DNA of 32,000 nucleotides. It comes from Kineococcus radiotolerans SRS30216 = ATCC BAA-149. GTDB lineage: Bacteria; Actinomycetota; Actinomycetes; Actinomycetales; Kineococcaceae. Shown one piece after another: positions 1 through 9,000 of this stretch. The stretch is taken from NCBI RefSeq assembly GCF_000017305.1, contig NC_009664.2:1050001-1082000 (forward strand). The letters run 5' to 3'. The position numbers and the translations under genes were made by a program. Position 1 is the stretch's first letter; each line of letters starts with the position of its first letter. The notes beneath the pieces are model-generated. The model did no database searches and was not told the origin of the DNA. It saw nothing but the letters and a program-made list of their open reading frames with translations.

Positions 1-720
1 GAACTCCGCCTGCGCCGCGGGCGGGAGGTCGGGGATGCGGTAGCGGGCGGTGGTGGCCTGCACGCCGATGACGGACATGCTGTGGGCGACGACGTCGTGC
101 AGGTCGCGGGCGATCCGGTTGCGCTCCTCCAGGACAACCCGGCGGGCCTGCTCGGCCTCGGTGTCGCGCCGGGAGCGGGCCAGTTCCTCCCGCACCCGGC
201 GGCGGGCGCCGACGACGCTGCCCGCGCCGAGCAGCAGCGCCGAGTTCGAGCCGTAGACGACGAGGTCGGTCCAGGCGTCGTCGACCCACGTCACCGCCCA
301 GGAGTCGACGGTGAGGAGGTCGGCGACGGCGACCAGGGCGGTGGTCAGGGCGAGGCTGAGCGCCCACGCCGCCAGCCCCAGCCGCCACTGCCGGCGGACG
401 CCGAGGACGGTGAGCAGGCAGCCGTAGGTCAGCAGGGCGGGCACGGTCCACGGCCAGGGGCCGGCCTGCGGGTCGGCGGCGAGGGCGACGAGCAGGACCC
501 CGGCCAGCGCGCTGGCCACGGCGAGCCGAGCCCGGACGAGGGCGAGGACGAGCCCGGCGCACTGCAGGAGCACCGCGCCCGTCGCCACCCCGGCGGGCAC
601 CCCGTGCACGCCGGCGGTGACCGGGGCGCCCACGGCGTACAGGGTCAGGGCCAGCAGCACCACGACCGCGCGCGGGGTGGCCAGCGGCCGCAGCCGCGCC
701 CGCACCGACGACGGCAGCAC
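1..720 (-). CDS. Sensor histidine kinase (NarL/LuxR-partner class), N-terminal part with multi-pass membrane sensor and HisKA_3 H-box. The 3' end runs off the left edge.
   Basis: The minus-strand frame whose codons end at coordinates divisible by 3 reads ...EAEQARRVVLEERNRIARDLHDVVAHSMSVIGVQATTARYRIPDLP... at about 1-150, a classic HisKA_3 phospho-acceptor box. It is preceded by several hydrophobic helices (AVVVLLALTLYAVGAPV, LLQCAGLVLALV, WTVPALLTYGCLLTVLGV, LAAWALSLALTTALVAVADLL). It is absent from the ORF track because no stop lies inside the window. The start is guessed at GTG 718-720, with an alternative GTG at 703-705. Confidence 0.75.
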   Translation of the reverse strand, partial: MLPSSVRARLRPLATPRAVVVLLALTLYAVGAPVTAGVHGVPAGVATGAVLLQCAGLVLALVRARLAVASALAGVLLVALAADPQAGPWPWTVPALLTYGCLLTVLGVRRQWRLGLAAWALSLALTTALVAVADLLTVDSWAVTWVDDAWTDLVVYGSNSALLLGAGSVVGARRRVREELARSRRDTEAEQARRVVLEERNRIARDLHDVVAHSMSVIGVQATTARYRIPDLPPAAQAEF

Positions 721-796
721 CGGGCGCGGGAGCCGGCGCGGGCGCCGACGCAGGAGCCGGCGCGGACGCGGCGGCCGGGGCGGACGGGGGGCGGTC

Positions 797-1462
797 TCAG
801 ACCGGGGACGACGCCGCACGGAGCCCACCCCCCGGACGGACCGCACGCAGGGCCGCCCCCGCGAGGGCCTTCGCGCCCAGCAGGACCGCGGCGAGCGCGA
901 GCCCGCCGAGCACCGCCAGCCCGGGCCGGTCCAGGACCTCCTCGACCCGGCTCGCGAGGCGCTGCCCGGTGAGCACGCCGAGCCCGACGAGCACGCTGAC
1001 CCGCAGCGCGGTCAGCAGCGCCGTCCAGCCCAGGAAGCGCCGGTAGCCCACCCCGGCGTAGCCGGCGGCGAGGAAGGCGGGCACCGCGCCCACGTCGACG
1101 AGCTTGGCCCCGGCCACGACCGACCCGAGGCGGTCGGAGACCCGGCGGCACCACGTCGCGCGCCGTCGCGCGGTGAGCCCCAGCCGAGCGGTGAGCCGCG
1201 CGGCCCGGGGGTGGCGCTCGGCCCGGCGCCCGGCCCGGCCCAGCAGGTAGAGGGCGCTGTCGAGCACCAGGTCCGTGCCGAAGGCCAGCAGCCACACCAG
1301 GACCAGCGCGGCGTGCCCGGCCCCGACGAGGGCCCCTCCGGCGAACGTCGCCACCGGTCCCTCCAGGGCCATCGCCGGGGCCAGCACCGCGTAGGGCCCG
1401 CCCGTCCCCGCTCCCACGTCCACCACGTCCACCCGGTTCCCCTCGCCCGACCCGCCCCTCAC
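797..1462 (-). CDS. Putative DedA/VTT-domain (TVP38/SNARE-associated type) integral membrane protein
   Basis: The 221-aa ORF has several hydrophobic segments and a VTT-like stretch ...AVPAFLAAGYAGVGYRRFLGWTALLTALRVSVLVGLG... The competing frames here (617-1534 plus, 645-1295 minus) are Arg/Pro/Gly junk. The start is uncertain: GTG at 1462, or the in-frame ATG at 1372. Confidence 0.55.
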   Translation of the reverse strand: MRGGSGEGNRVDVVDVGAGTGGPYAVLAPAMALEGPVATFAGGALVGAGHAALVLVWLLAFGTDLVLDSALYLLGRAGRRAERHPRAARLTARLGLTARRRATWCRRVSDRLGSVVAGAKLVDVGAVPAFLAAGYAGVGYRRFLGWTALLTALRVSVLVGLGVLTGQRLASRVEEVLDRPGLAVLGGLALAAVLLGAKALAGAALRAVRPGGGLRAASSPV

Positions 1463-1543
1463 CGGGCAGTCAACCGCCGCCGGGTCCGGGGTGTCGTCCC
1501 CCGCCGGAGCCGTTCCCGCGTGGGACCCCGGTAGGGGGTGGGG

Positions 1544-4135
1544 TCAGAGGCGGGGGTCGACCGGTTCGGACTCCAGGGCCAGGACGGCGAAGACGCACTC
1601 GTGCACCCGGTGCAGCGGTTCGGCGCGCGCGACCCGTTCCAGCCCCTCCAGGCCCAGGGCGTACTCGCGCAGGGCGAGCGACCGCTTGCGCCCCAGGGTG
1701 CGCTGCCGGAGCCGCTCCAGGTTGGCCGGCTCGGTGTAGGAGGGGCCGTAGACGATCCGCAGGTACTCCCGCCCCCGCACCTTCAGCGCCGGCTGGACCA
1801 GCCCGCGCCGGGTGCGGACCCGGTTGGCGAGGGGCTTGACGACCATCCCCTCCCCGCCGGCGCCGGTGAGCTCCTCCCACCAGGCGACCCCGGCCGCGGT
1901 GGAGGTCGCGTCGGCGGTGTCGACGACGAGCCGGCGGGTCGGGCGGAGCCGGTCGGAGCCGGCGGCGCGGGCGGTGCCCACGAGCCGGTCGGCCAGGTCC
2001 AGGTGCCAGTCGTGGGGGCGGTCGGCGAAGCTCGCCCCCTCGGCGGCGAGCACCGCGAACGGCGCCAGCTGGACCCCGTCCAGGCCGTCGGTGGGCCAGC
2101 AGTAGCGGCGGTAGGCGTCGGTGAAGGCGGCCACGTCGCCGGCCCGGGCGGCGGTGCGGGACAGCAGCCCGCCGACGTCGAGCCCGCGGCCGGCGGCCTG
2201 CTCCAGGACGCCCGTGGCGAAGGGCAGCGCGGAGCGCCCGGCGGCCCCGACGGAGGCGTACTGCTCGCGCAGCAGCGGTCCCGCCTTCGCGCTCCAGGGC
2301 AGCAGCTCGCCGTCCAGCAGGACCCAGCCGCTGCCGAGCTCGTCGAAGACGCCGGCGCCCTCGAGCGCCGCGCGCAGCTCGTCGACGAGGACGGCGGTGG
2401 TGGCGGGGTCGAAGAAGCTGCGCCCGGTGCGGGTCCAGACCGCTCCCCGCGCCCCGCCGGGGGCGCCGAAGCGCTGCGCCGCGACGCGCTCGTCGCGGCA
2501 CACCAGGGCCAGGGCGCGCGAGCCCATGTGCTTCTCCTCGCACACCACCGCCCGCACGCCCTCGGCCGCGAACGCGGCGAACGCCTCGTCGGGGTGCTCG
2601 AGGAAGCCCTCGCGGGCCGAGGTGGCCACCGGCGCCGTCGTGGGGGGCAGGTGCAGCAGCCACCGGGGGTCGATCGCGAAGCGGGACACGACCTCCAGCG
2701 CGGCGGCGGCGTTCTCCTCGCGCACGCTGATCCGGCCGTGGTCGGCGGTCTCCACCACGCGCCGGCCGAGGACGTCGGTGACGTCGAGGACGTCGGGGTC
2801 GCGCCGGGTGGCGGCCTCGGGCTCGGCCACCATCACCGCCCCCGTCCCGGCGACGGGGAAGGGGCGCGCCGGTTCGTGGTGCACGGCCCGGGCCGGGACG
2901 GAGACGAGTTCCCGCTCGGGGTAGCGCAACGCGGTGAGGTGCCCGCCGAACACGCAGCCGGTGTCGACGCAGAGGGTGCCGTTGACCCACTCCGGTGCGG
3001 GCACGGGGGTGTGCCCGTAGACGACGGTCGCCCGGCCGCGGTAGTCCTCCGCCCACGGGTAGCGCACCGGCAGCCCGAACTCGTCGGTCTCCCCGGTGGT
3101 CTGCCCGTAGAGGCAGAAGTCGCGGACCCGTCCCGAGGCGCGGCCCTGGTAGCGCTCCAGGACCCCGGCGTGGGCGACGGCGAGGTTCCCGCCGTCCAGG
3201 ACGTAGTGGGAGACCAGCGAGTCCAGGAAGGCCACGACCTGCGCGCGGAACTCCTCGGGTTCGCGCGCGAGCTGCTCCAGGGACTCGGCGAGGCCGTGGG
3301 TCACCTGGACGTCGCGCCCGCGCAGCGCCCGCAGCAGCTTGTCCTCGTGGTTGCCCGGCACGCACAGCGCGGTCCCGCTCGCCACCATCCCCATGACCAG
3401 CCGCAGCACCCCGGGGGTGTCGGGGCCGCGGTCGACGAGGTCGCCGACGAACACCGCGCGCCGCCCGGCGGGCGCGACGGCGTCGACGGCCCGGCCCTCG
3501 GCGTCCAGGACGAGGTCGTAGCCCAGCCGCCCCAGCAGGTCCACGAGCTCCTCCCGGCAGCCGTGGACGTCGCCGACGACGTCGAAGGGGCCGGTCTCGT
3601 CGCGGCGGTCGGTGTGCAGGCGGGTGCGGGTGACGGTGACGTCGTCGACCTCGGCGGGGTCGCGCAGGACGTGGACGGTGCGGAACCCCTCGCGTGCGAG
3701 CCCCTTGAGGCTGCGCTTGAGCTCGGCCCGCTGCCGGCGCAGGACGTGCGGGCCGAAGTCGCGGTCGGGGCGGGCGCGGTTGCGCTCCGCGCAGAGGGCC
3801 TCGGGCAGGTCGAGGACGATCGCGACGGGCAGGACGTCGTGGGCGCGGGCCAGCGCCACCAGCGACCTCCGCGCCGACTGCTGCACGTTGGTGGCGTCGA
3901 CGACGGTGAGCCGGTTCGCGGCCAGGCGCTTGCCGACGATGAACTCCAGGACCTCGAAGGCGTCCTTCGTCGCGGACTGGTCGTTCTCGTCGTCGGAGAC
4001 GATCCCGCGGCACCAGTCGCTGGAGATCACCTCGGTGCGCCGGAAGTTCGCGCGCGCGAAGGTGGACTTGCCCGACCCGGTGGTGCCGACGAGGACGACG
4101 AGGCTGGAGGCGGGGACGGTGAGCTCGCGGGTCAC
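1544..4135 (-). CDS. pnkp: Polynucleotide kinase-phosphatase-ligase Pnkp (bacterial RNA repair enzyme)
   Basis: 863 aa from GTG 4133-4135 (VTRELTVPASS...). It has an N-terminal P-loop kinase (GTTGSGKST) and a central calcineurin-type phosphoesterase (GDVHGC, GDLVDRGPD, GNHE). The C-terminal nucleotidyltransferase/ligase module carries the lysine motif EEKHMGSR. The three-domain order matches characterised Pnkp (Clostridium thermocellum, Anabaena). The start overlaps the hen1 stop as GTGA (4132-4135). The rest of the 1407-aa track ORF upstream of 4135 is shadow. Confidence 0.93.
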   Translation of the reverse strand: MTRELTVPASSLVVLVGTTGSGKSTFARANFRRTEVISSDWCRGIVSDDENDQSATKDAFEVLEFIVGKRLAANRLTVVDATNVQQSARRSLVALARAHDVLPVAIVLDLPEALCAERNRARPDRDFGPHVLRRQRAELKRSLKGLAREGFRTVHVLRDPAEVDDVTVTRTRLHTDRRDETGPFDVVGDVHGCREELVDLLGRLGYDLVLDAEGRAVDAVAPAGRRAVFVGDLVDRGPDTPGVLRLVMGMVASGTALCVPGNHEDKLLRALRGRDVQVTHGLAESLEQLAREPEEFRAQVVAFLDSLVSHYVLDGGNLAVAHAGVLERYQGRASGRVRDFCLYGQTTGETDEFGLPVRYPWAEDYRGRATVVYGHTPVPAPEWVNGTLCVDTGCVFGGHLTALRYPERELVSVPARAVHHEPARPFPVAGTGAVMVAEPEAATRRDPDVLDVTDVLGRRVVETADHGRISVREENAAAALEVVSRFAIDPRWLLHLPPTTAPVATSAREGFLEHPDEAFAAFAAEGVRAVVCEEKHMGSRALALVCRDERVAAQRFGAPGGARGAVWTRTGRSFFDPATTAVLVDELRAALEGAGVFDELGSGWVLLDGELLPWSAKAGPLLREQYASVGAAGRSALPFATGVLEQAAGRGLDVGGLLSRTAARAGDVAAFTDAYRRYCWPTDGLDGVQLAPFAVLAAEGASFADRPHDWHLDLADRLVGTARAAGSDRLRPTRRLVVDTADATSTAAGVAWWEELTGAGGEGMVVKPLANRVRTRRGLVQPALKVRGREYLRIVYGPSYTEPANLERLRQRTLGRKRSLALREYALGLEGLERVARAEPLHRVHECVFAVLALESEPVDPRL

Positions 4136-5538
4136 GCCGCCACCGCCCGGCTGAACACGGCGAGCTGGGTCGGGGGGCCCACCTGCGGGTCGGCGTCGCC
4201 GACGCCGAGGAGGCGGACGGAGTAGCCGAACCGGGCGCAGACGCCGTCGGCCCACCGCGCGAACTCCGCGCGGGTCCACTCGAAGCGGTGGTCGGCGTGC
4301 CGGAAACCGTTCTCGAACAGCTGGGCGTAGTGCACGTCGTACTCCCGGTTCGGGGTCGTCACCACGACCGTCGCGGGGGCGGCGTCGCCGAACACGACGC
4401 GTTCCAGGGCGGGCAGGCGCGGCGGGTCGACGTGCTCGACGACCTCGGACAGGACGGCGGCGTCCAGGCCCTTCAGCCGCTCGTCGCGGTAGGTGAGGGA
4501 GGACTGGAACAGCTGCACCCGCCCGGGGTCGGGCGCCCGGTCCAGGCGCAGCCGGCGGGAGGCCTGCTGCAGGGCCCGCACCGACACGTCGGTGCCGACG
4601 ATCGAGGTGAACCGCGCGTCGGCGGCCAGGGCGGCGAGCAACTGCCCCTGCCCGCACCCCAGGTCCGCGACCCGGGCGGCCCCGGACTCGCGCAGGACGG
4701 CGAGGACCGCGGCCCGGCGGTGCTCGCGCAGCGGGACGCGCTGCTCCTCGCCGTCTCCGGCCGGGGTCGTCGCCGGTCCGGCGCCCCCCTCGTCGACGTC
4801 CGCGAGGCGGTCGAGGGCGTCGAGCACGAGGTCGCGGCGGTGCTTGAGGTAGCGGGCGGTGACGAGGTCGCGCTCGGGGTGGGTGGCGAGCCACTCCCCG
4901 CCGCGCCGGACCAGCTTGTCGACCTCCCGCTCGCCCACCCAGTAGTGCTGGGCGTCGTCGAGGACGGGCAGCAGGACGTAGAGCTGCGCGAGCAGGTCGG
5001 CCACGCGCGCCGAGCCCTCCAGCACCAGGTCGACGTAGCGGGAGGCGCCCCACCCCGGCACCGTCTCGTCCAGCGGCAGCTCCCGCGCGCTCACGTCCCA
5101 GCCGAGGGGCTCGAAGAGCCGGCGCACCAGGTCCGGGCCCCCGGAGCGGGCGGGGACGGCGGGCAGGCGCACCTGCAGCGGCCAGCGGAGGTCGACCAGC
5201 TCCGGGCGCGCCGTGCAGCGGCCGGCCAGGGCGGTGGAGAACGCCCGCCCGATGGCGACGGCGAGGAGGCTGGAGGCGGCGTAGGGGCGGTCGTTGACGT
5301 ACTGGCCCAGGACGCTCTGGGTCTCCCCCCGGGCGGTGCGGACCAGCCCCACGGGGTCGACCTCCAGCACCAGCGCGACCGTGGTCCGCTCCGGGGAGCT
5401 CTCCGGGTAGAGCACGTGCGTCGTCACCGCCCCCTGCTCCGCGGTCTGGACGCGGTCGGGGTGCTTGTGCAGGAGGAACCCGAGGTCCCCGGCGGGGACG
5501 TCGGGCGCCGGGCGCTGCGCGGTCACGGTCAGGATCAC
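4132..5538 (-). CDS. hen1: Bacterial Hen1, 3'-terminal RNA ribose 2'-O-methyltransferase and Pnkp partner
   Basis: 468 aa from GTG 5536-5538. The N-terminus VILTVTAQRP...GDLGFLLHKHPDR matches the conserved bacterial Hen1 start (MLLT.. ...LGYLLHKNP). The C-terminal SAM-methyltransferase has motif I VADLGCGQGQLL and SEVVEHV. The track start at 5574 adds 12 residues with no support. Confidence 0.9.
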   Translation of the reverse strand: MILTVTAQRPAPDVPAGDLGFLLHKHPDRVQTAEQGAVTTHVLYPESSPERTTVALVLEVDPVGLVRTARGETQSVLGQYVNDRPYAASSLLAVAIGRAFSTALAGRCTARPELVDLRWPLQVRLPAVPARSGGPDLVRRLFEPLGWDVSARELPLDETVPGWGASRYVDLVLEGSARVADLLAQLYVLLPVLDDAQHYWVGEREVDKLVRRGGEWLATHPERDLVTARYLKHRRDLVLDALDRLADVDEGGAGPATTPAGDGEEQRVPLREHRRAAVLAVLRESGAARVADLGCGQGQLLAALAADARFTSIVGTDVSVRALQQASRRLRLDRAPDPGRVQLFQSSLTYRDERLKGLDAAVLSEVVEHVDPPRLPALERVVFGDAAPATVVVTTPNREYDVHYAQLFENGFRHADHRFEWTRAEFARWADGVCARFGYSVRLLGVGDADPQVGPPTQLAVFSRAVAA

Positions 5539-5594
5539 GGGACCAGCTGACCACGGATCGCGGCCGGGACGCACGGGCTTTGGGTCCCGGGAAC

Positions 5595-5630
5595 GACGAA
5601 GGCCCGGACCTCGTGGTCCGGGCCTTCGTC
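5595..5630 (-). terminator. GC-rich hairpin 4 nt downstream of tRNA(fMet) copy 1 (16-bp perfect stem, 4-nt loop, no U-tract)
   Basis: gacgaaggcccggacc-tcgt-ggtccgggccttcgtc. On the transcribed strand the stem is followed by GUUCCCGGG, so it is an I-shaped terminator or processing hairpin rather than a canonical intrinsic terminator. Confidence 0.6.
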
Positions 5631-5634
5631 CTAC

Positions 5635-5711
5635 TGGTAGCGGGGACAGGATTTGAACCTGCGACCTCTGGGTTATGAGCCCAGCGAGCTACCGAGCTGC
5701 TCCACCCCGCG
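5635..5711 (-). tRNA. Initiator tRNA(fMet), anticodon CAT, CCA encoded (copy 1)
   Basis: The reverse complement is CGCGGGGTGGAGCAGCTCGGTAGCTCGCTGGGCTCATAACCCAGAGGTCGCAGGTTCAAATCCTGTCCCCGCTACCA (77 nt). It has a C1-U72 mismatch, three G:C pairs closing the anticodon stem (GGG/CCC) and a CAU anticodon. It is near-identical in layout to E. coli tRNA(fMet). Confidence 0.95.
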
Positions 5712-5722
5712 TCGTGAGACCA

Positions 5723-5751
5723 ACAGTACGTGGATCCCCCGGGGAGAGCAA
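5723..5751 (-). promoter_or_regulatory. Putative promoter of tRNA(fMet) copy 1
   Basis: The minus strand reads cgatTTGCTC-17 nt-TACTGT-tggtctcacga-C(+1 of tRNA). The -35/-10 spacing is 17 nt and the -10 fits TANNNT. The same architecture occurs upstream of copy 2. Confidence 0.55.
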
Positions 5752-5805
5752 ATCGCCTGCACGGCAAGCGGACCGCGGTGGGGACGGGCTGTGGTGGCCG
5801 GGAAC

Positions 5806-5841
5806 GACGAAGGCCCGGACCTCACGGTCCGGGCCTTCGTC
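5806..5841 (-). terminator. GC-rich hairpin 4 nt downstream of tRNA(fMet) copy 2 (same stem as 5595-5630, loop tcac)
   Basis: gacgaaggcccggacc-tcac-ggtccgggccttcgtc. The stem is identical to that of the copy-1 hairpin. Confidence 0.6.
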
Positions 5842-5845
5842 CTAC

Positions 5846-5922
5846 TGGTAGCGGGGACAGGATTTGAACCTGCGACCTCTGGGTTATGAGCCCAGCGAGC
5901 TACCGAGCTGCTCCACCCCGCG
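5846..5922 (-). tRNA. Initiator tRNA(fMet), anticodon CAT, CCA encoded (copy 2)
   Basis: The 77-nt sequence is identical to copy 1. Confidence 0.95.
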
Positions 5923-5933
5923 TCGTGGAACCA

Positions 5934-5962
5934 ACGTTACGCCAGGATGGACGCGAGACCAA
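5934..5962 (-). promoter_or_regulatory. Putative promoter of tRNA(fMet) copy 2
   Basis: The minus strand reads cgatTTGGTC-17 nt-TAACGT-tggttccacga-C(+1 of tRNA). Confidence 0.55.
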
Positions 5963-6025
5963 ATCGCCCCCGCGGGCGGCACCGGCGCCGCGGGACGCGG
6001 CGCCGGTGCGCGGGCTCGGGGCGGG

Positions 6026-9000
6026 TCAGGGCGTGGGCGTCGCGGCCGGCGTCTCCCCCGGGACGGGCGGCGCGGACGAGGCCGACGGGCTGGAGCTGGA
6101 CGTGGGCCCGCTCGTCCCGCTCCGCTCCAGCCGGGCCTCCGCCGCGCTGGCGGCGTCCACCGCGGCCCGCAACCGCTGCTGGGCCTCGCCGTACTTCGTG
6201 AAGTCCCCCTCGGCCAGGGCCGCGGAGGAGTCCTGGATGGCCCGCTTCGCGTTGTCCAGCGCCTGCTGCAGCTGCACCTGCGCGTCACCCGTGGCCGGGT
6301 CCGGCGCCGGTCCGCCCGTCGCGCCGTCGGTCGGGGCGGGGGTCCCCGCGGTGGGCGGCGGAGCGCCCTCGTCGCCGGCGCCGGCCCCGGAGTTCCCCCC
6401 GAACACCTCGTCGAGCGCCTCGTCGAGGGTGTTGGCGATGGCGATGTTGTCGCCGAAGACCGCGACCACCCGGCTCAGCCGCGGGAAGGAGTTGTCGCCG
6501 GTGCTCTGCGCGTAGATGGGTTCGACGTAGAGCAGCCCGCCCCCGACGGGCAGGGTCAGCAGGTTGCCGTAGATGACCCGGGAGTTGTCGCCCACGCTCA
6601 GCAGGCGGACCTGGTCGGCGACGGCGGTGTCGGAGCGGATGTTGTTCTGGATCTGCACCGGGCCGTTGACCGTCGTCGACTGCGGCAGCTCCAGGAGGCG
6701 GATCGTGCCGTAGCCCTCGCTCTTCGTCCCCTTCGTCGAGCCCGCGTCGGAGTCCACGGCGGCGAAGCCCCGCAGGACCTGGGTGCCGGAGGCGTTCGCG
6801 TTCGAGGCCGGCACGTAGGTCGTCGTCAGGCTGTACGTCGGGGTGTCCTGCTCGGGCATCCGCAGCGTCAGGTAGTACGGCGGCTGGGAGGGACGGACCG
6901 TCCCCGCGGCCGCGTCGACCGTCGGGTCGCCCGGCACGTCCCAGAAGTCCTGCCCGGTGAGGAAGGACGCCGGGTCGGTGACGTGGTAACGGGTGAGGAC
7001 CTCGCGCTGCACCTTGAACATGTCCTGCGGGTAGCGCAGGTGCTGCATGAGCGAGCCGTCGATCGCCGACAGCGGTTCCACCGCCCCCGGGAAGGCCTTC
7101 ATCCACGCCTTCAGCACCGGGTCGGTGTCGTCCCAGGCGTACAGGTCCACCTTCCCGGTGTAGGCGTCGACGGTGGCCTTGACCGAGTTGCGGACGTAGT
7201 TCACGGTGCGGTCCTGCAGCGCCTGGACGCTGCTGCCCTGGGTCTGGGTCAGCGCGTCGGTCGTGGCGTCGCCGAGCTCGGTCGCGGCCGAGTACGGGTA
7301 GGAGTTCGAGGTGGTGTAGCCGTCGAGGATCCACACGACGCGGCCGTCGACGATCGAGGGGTAGGCGTCCCCGTCCATCGTCAGCCACGGCGCGACCTTC
7401 TCGACCCGCTCCCGCGGGGTGCGGTCGTAGAGGATCCGCGACTCCGGCGTCACCGAGCCGGACAGCAGGATGTTCTGGTCGCCGAACTTCAGCCCGTACA
7501 CGAGCTTCTGCAGCAGGCTGCCCACCGCGACCCCGCCGGAGCCGTCGTACTCGGTGGTGGCGAACCCGCCCGCGGAGCCGTCGGGGTAGTCGATCTCGTT
7601 GTCGCGCCCGCCCACGATCGAGTAGGTCGTCGTGCCCTCGCCGAAGTAGATGCGGGGCTGCTCCAGGTCCAGGTCCCCGCTGGTGGGGACGTTGGCCTCG
7701 ACGTAGCTGGGGCTGCCGTCGGGGGCGCGGTCGTTGCCCTGCGCCACGACGACCCCGTAGCCGTGGGTGTAGATGGTGTGCTCGTTCACCCAGGTGCGCT
7801 GGTTGTCGGCCAGACCGGCGAGGTTCAGCTCGCGGGCGGCCACGACGGCGTCCTGGGTGCCCCCGTCGGGCGTGGCGTAGCGGTCCACGTCGAGGGTCTC
7901 GCCGAACTTGTAGTACCCCCGCTGGCCCTGGGTCTGCTGGAAGGCCTGGGAGACGACGGAGGGGTCGAGCAGGCGGACGCTGGGGATGGTCTGGGCGTCC
8001 TCGGACAGCTGCCCCTGGGAGGCGGTGGTGTCGGCCGCGTAGGTCGACACCTCCACGTCGGAGAGGTCGTAGGCGTCCCGGGTCGCGTCGATGTTCTTGC
8101 CGACGTACTCCGACTCCAGGCTCTGCCGGTTGGGGGTGACCTGGAAGCGCTGCACGGCCCAGGGGTAGATCCCGCCGATGGCGATCGCGCTGACCACGAG
8201 CAGGCCCGTCCCGATGGCCGGCAGCCGCCAGGACGTCCCCACGGCCGCGGCCACGAAGAGCAGGGCCACCACCACGGCGATGAGGGCCAGGATCGCCTTC
8301 GACGGCAGCACCGCGTGCACGTCGGTGTAGGTGGGTCCCACCACGCCGCGGACGTAGCCGGAGCTGGTGGTCATCAGCTCGTAGCGGTCCAGCCAGTACC
8401 CCGCCGCGCGCAGCAGCAGGAACGCCGCCGCCAGCGAGGCCAGGTGGACGCGGGCCGCGCGCGTCGTGCGCGGACCGGCCCCGGACAGCCGCAGCCCCCC
8501 GTAGAGGTAGTGCGCGGCGAGCCCGGCGATGCCCGCGAGGACGACGGCCGCGGTGAGGAAGCTGACCAGGAACGCCAGCCACGGCAGGGTGAAGACGTAG
8601 AAGCCCTGGTCCATCCTGAACTGCTCGTCGCGCGTCCCGAAGTCGACGCGGTTCCACCACAGCAGCAGCGTCTCCCAGCGGCTCATCGCCACCGACCCGC
8701 CGAAGAGCCCGGCCGCGGCCGACAGCACGACCACGACGAGCCGGCGCAGCGGCTCCAGCGACTCGCGGTAGCGGTCCAGACCGGCCTGCTCGTCGGAGAC
8801 CGGCGCGTAGATCGGCCGGGCGCGGTAGCCGAGGGTCAGCGAGACCGCGACCGCGGCGGCCAGCAGCAGGGCCCCCAGGGTGAAGAGCAGGACCTGCAGC
8901 CACAGCTTGGTGGTGAAGGTCGGCAGGAAGCCCAGCTGGTCGAACCACCACACGTCGGCGGTGATCCGGGCGCCGACGACCACCGCGATCACGACCGCGA

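Larger units (their letters stand above)
5572..5969 (-). repeat. Tandem duplication (period 211 nt) of a complete promoter-tRNA(fMet)-hairpin unit
   Basis: Units at about 5572-5758 and 5783-5969 align throughout. The tRNA and hairpin stem are identical. The -35 flank (caaatcgcc), the -10 flank and the segment acgggctNtggNNNccgggaacgacg are conserved. The promoter spacers have diverged. Confidence 0.9.

Noticed and set aside
1470-4225. 847-aa (minus) and 895-aa (plus) ORFs overlapping pnkp
   Set aside because: Their composition is dominated by R/P/G/A with no recognisable motifs. They are alternative frames of a gene with strong third-position GC.
1544-5767. Single 1407-aa minus-strand ORF spanning pnkp, hen1 and the first tRNA gene
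   Set aside because: Only the C-terminal 863 aa (from GTG 4135) look like protein (Pnkp). The upstream part is Arg/Pro/Gly/Ala-rich, runs out of frame through hen1 and across a tRNA gene, and is a high-GC shadow.
1-5969. Possibility that the HK/DedA/pnkp/hen1 segment is a genomic island integrated at the tRNA(fMet) 3' end
   Set aside because: There is no integrase, recombinase or excisionase. No partial tRNA 3'-end direct repeat (ggatttgaacc…) occurs anywhere else in the window. There is no visible drop in GC. Both tRNA copies are complete with promoters, which indicates tandem gene duplication rather than att-site duplication. The left boundary is outside the window, so this cannot be fully excluded.
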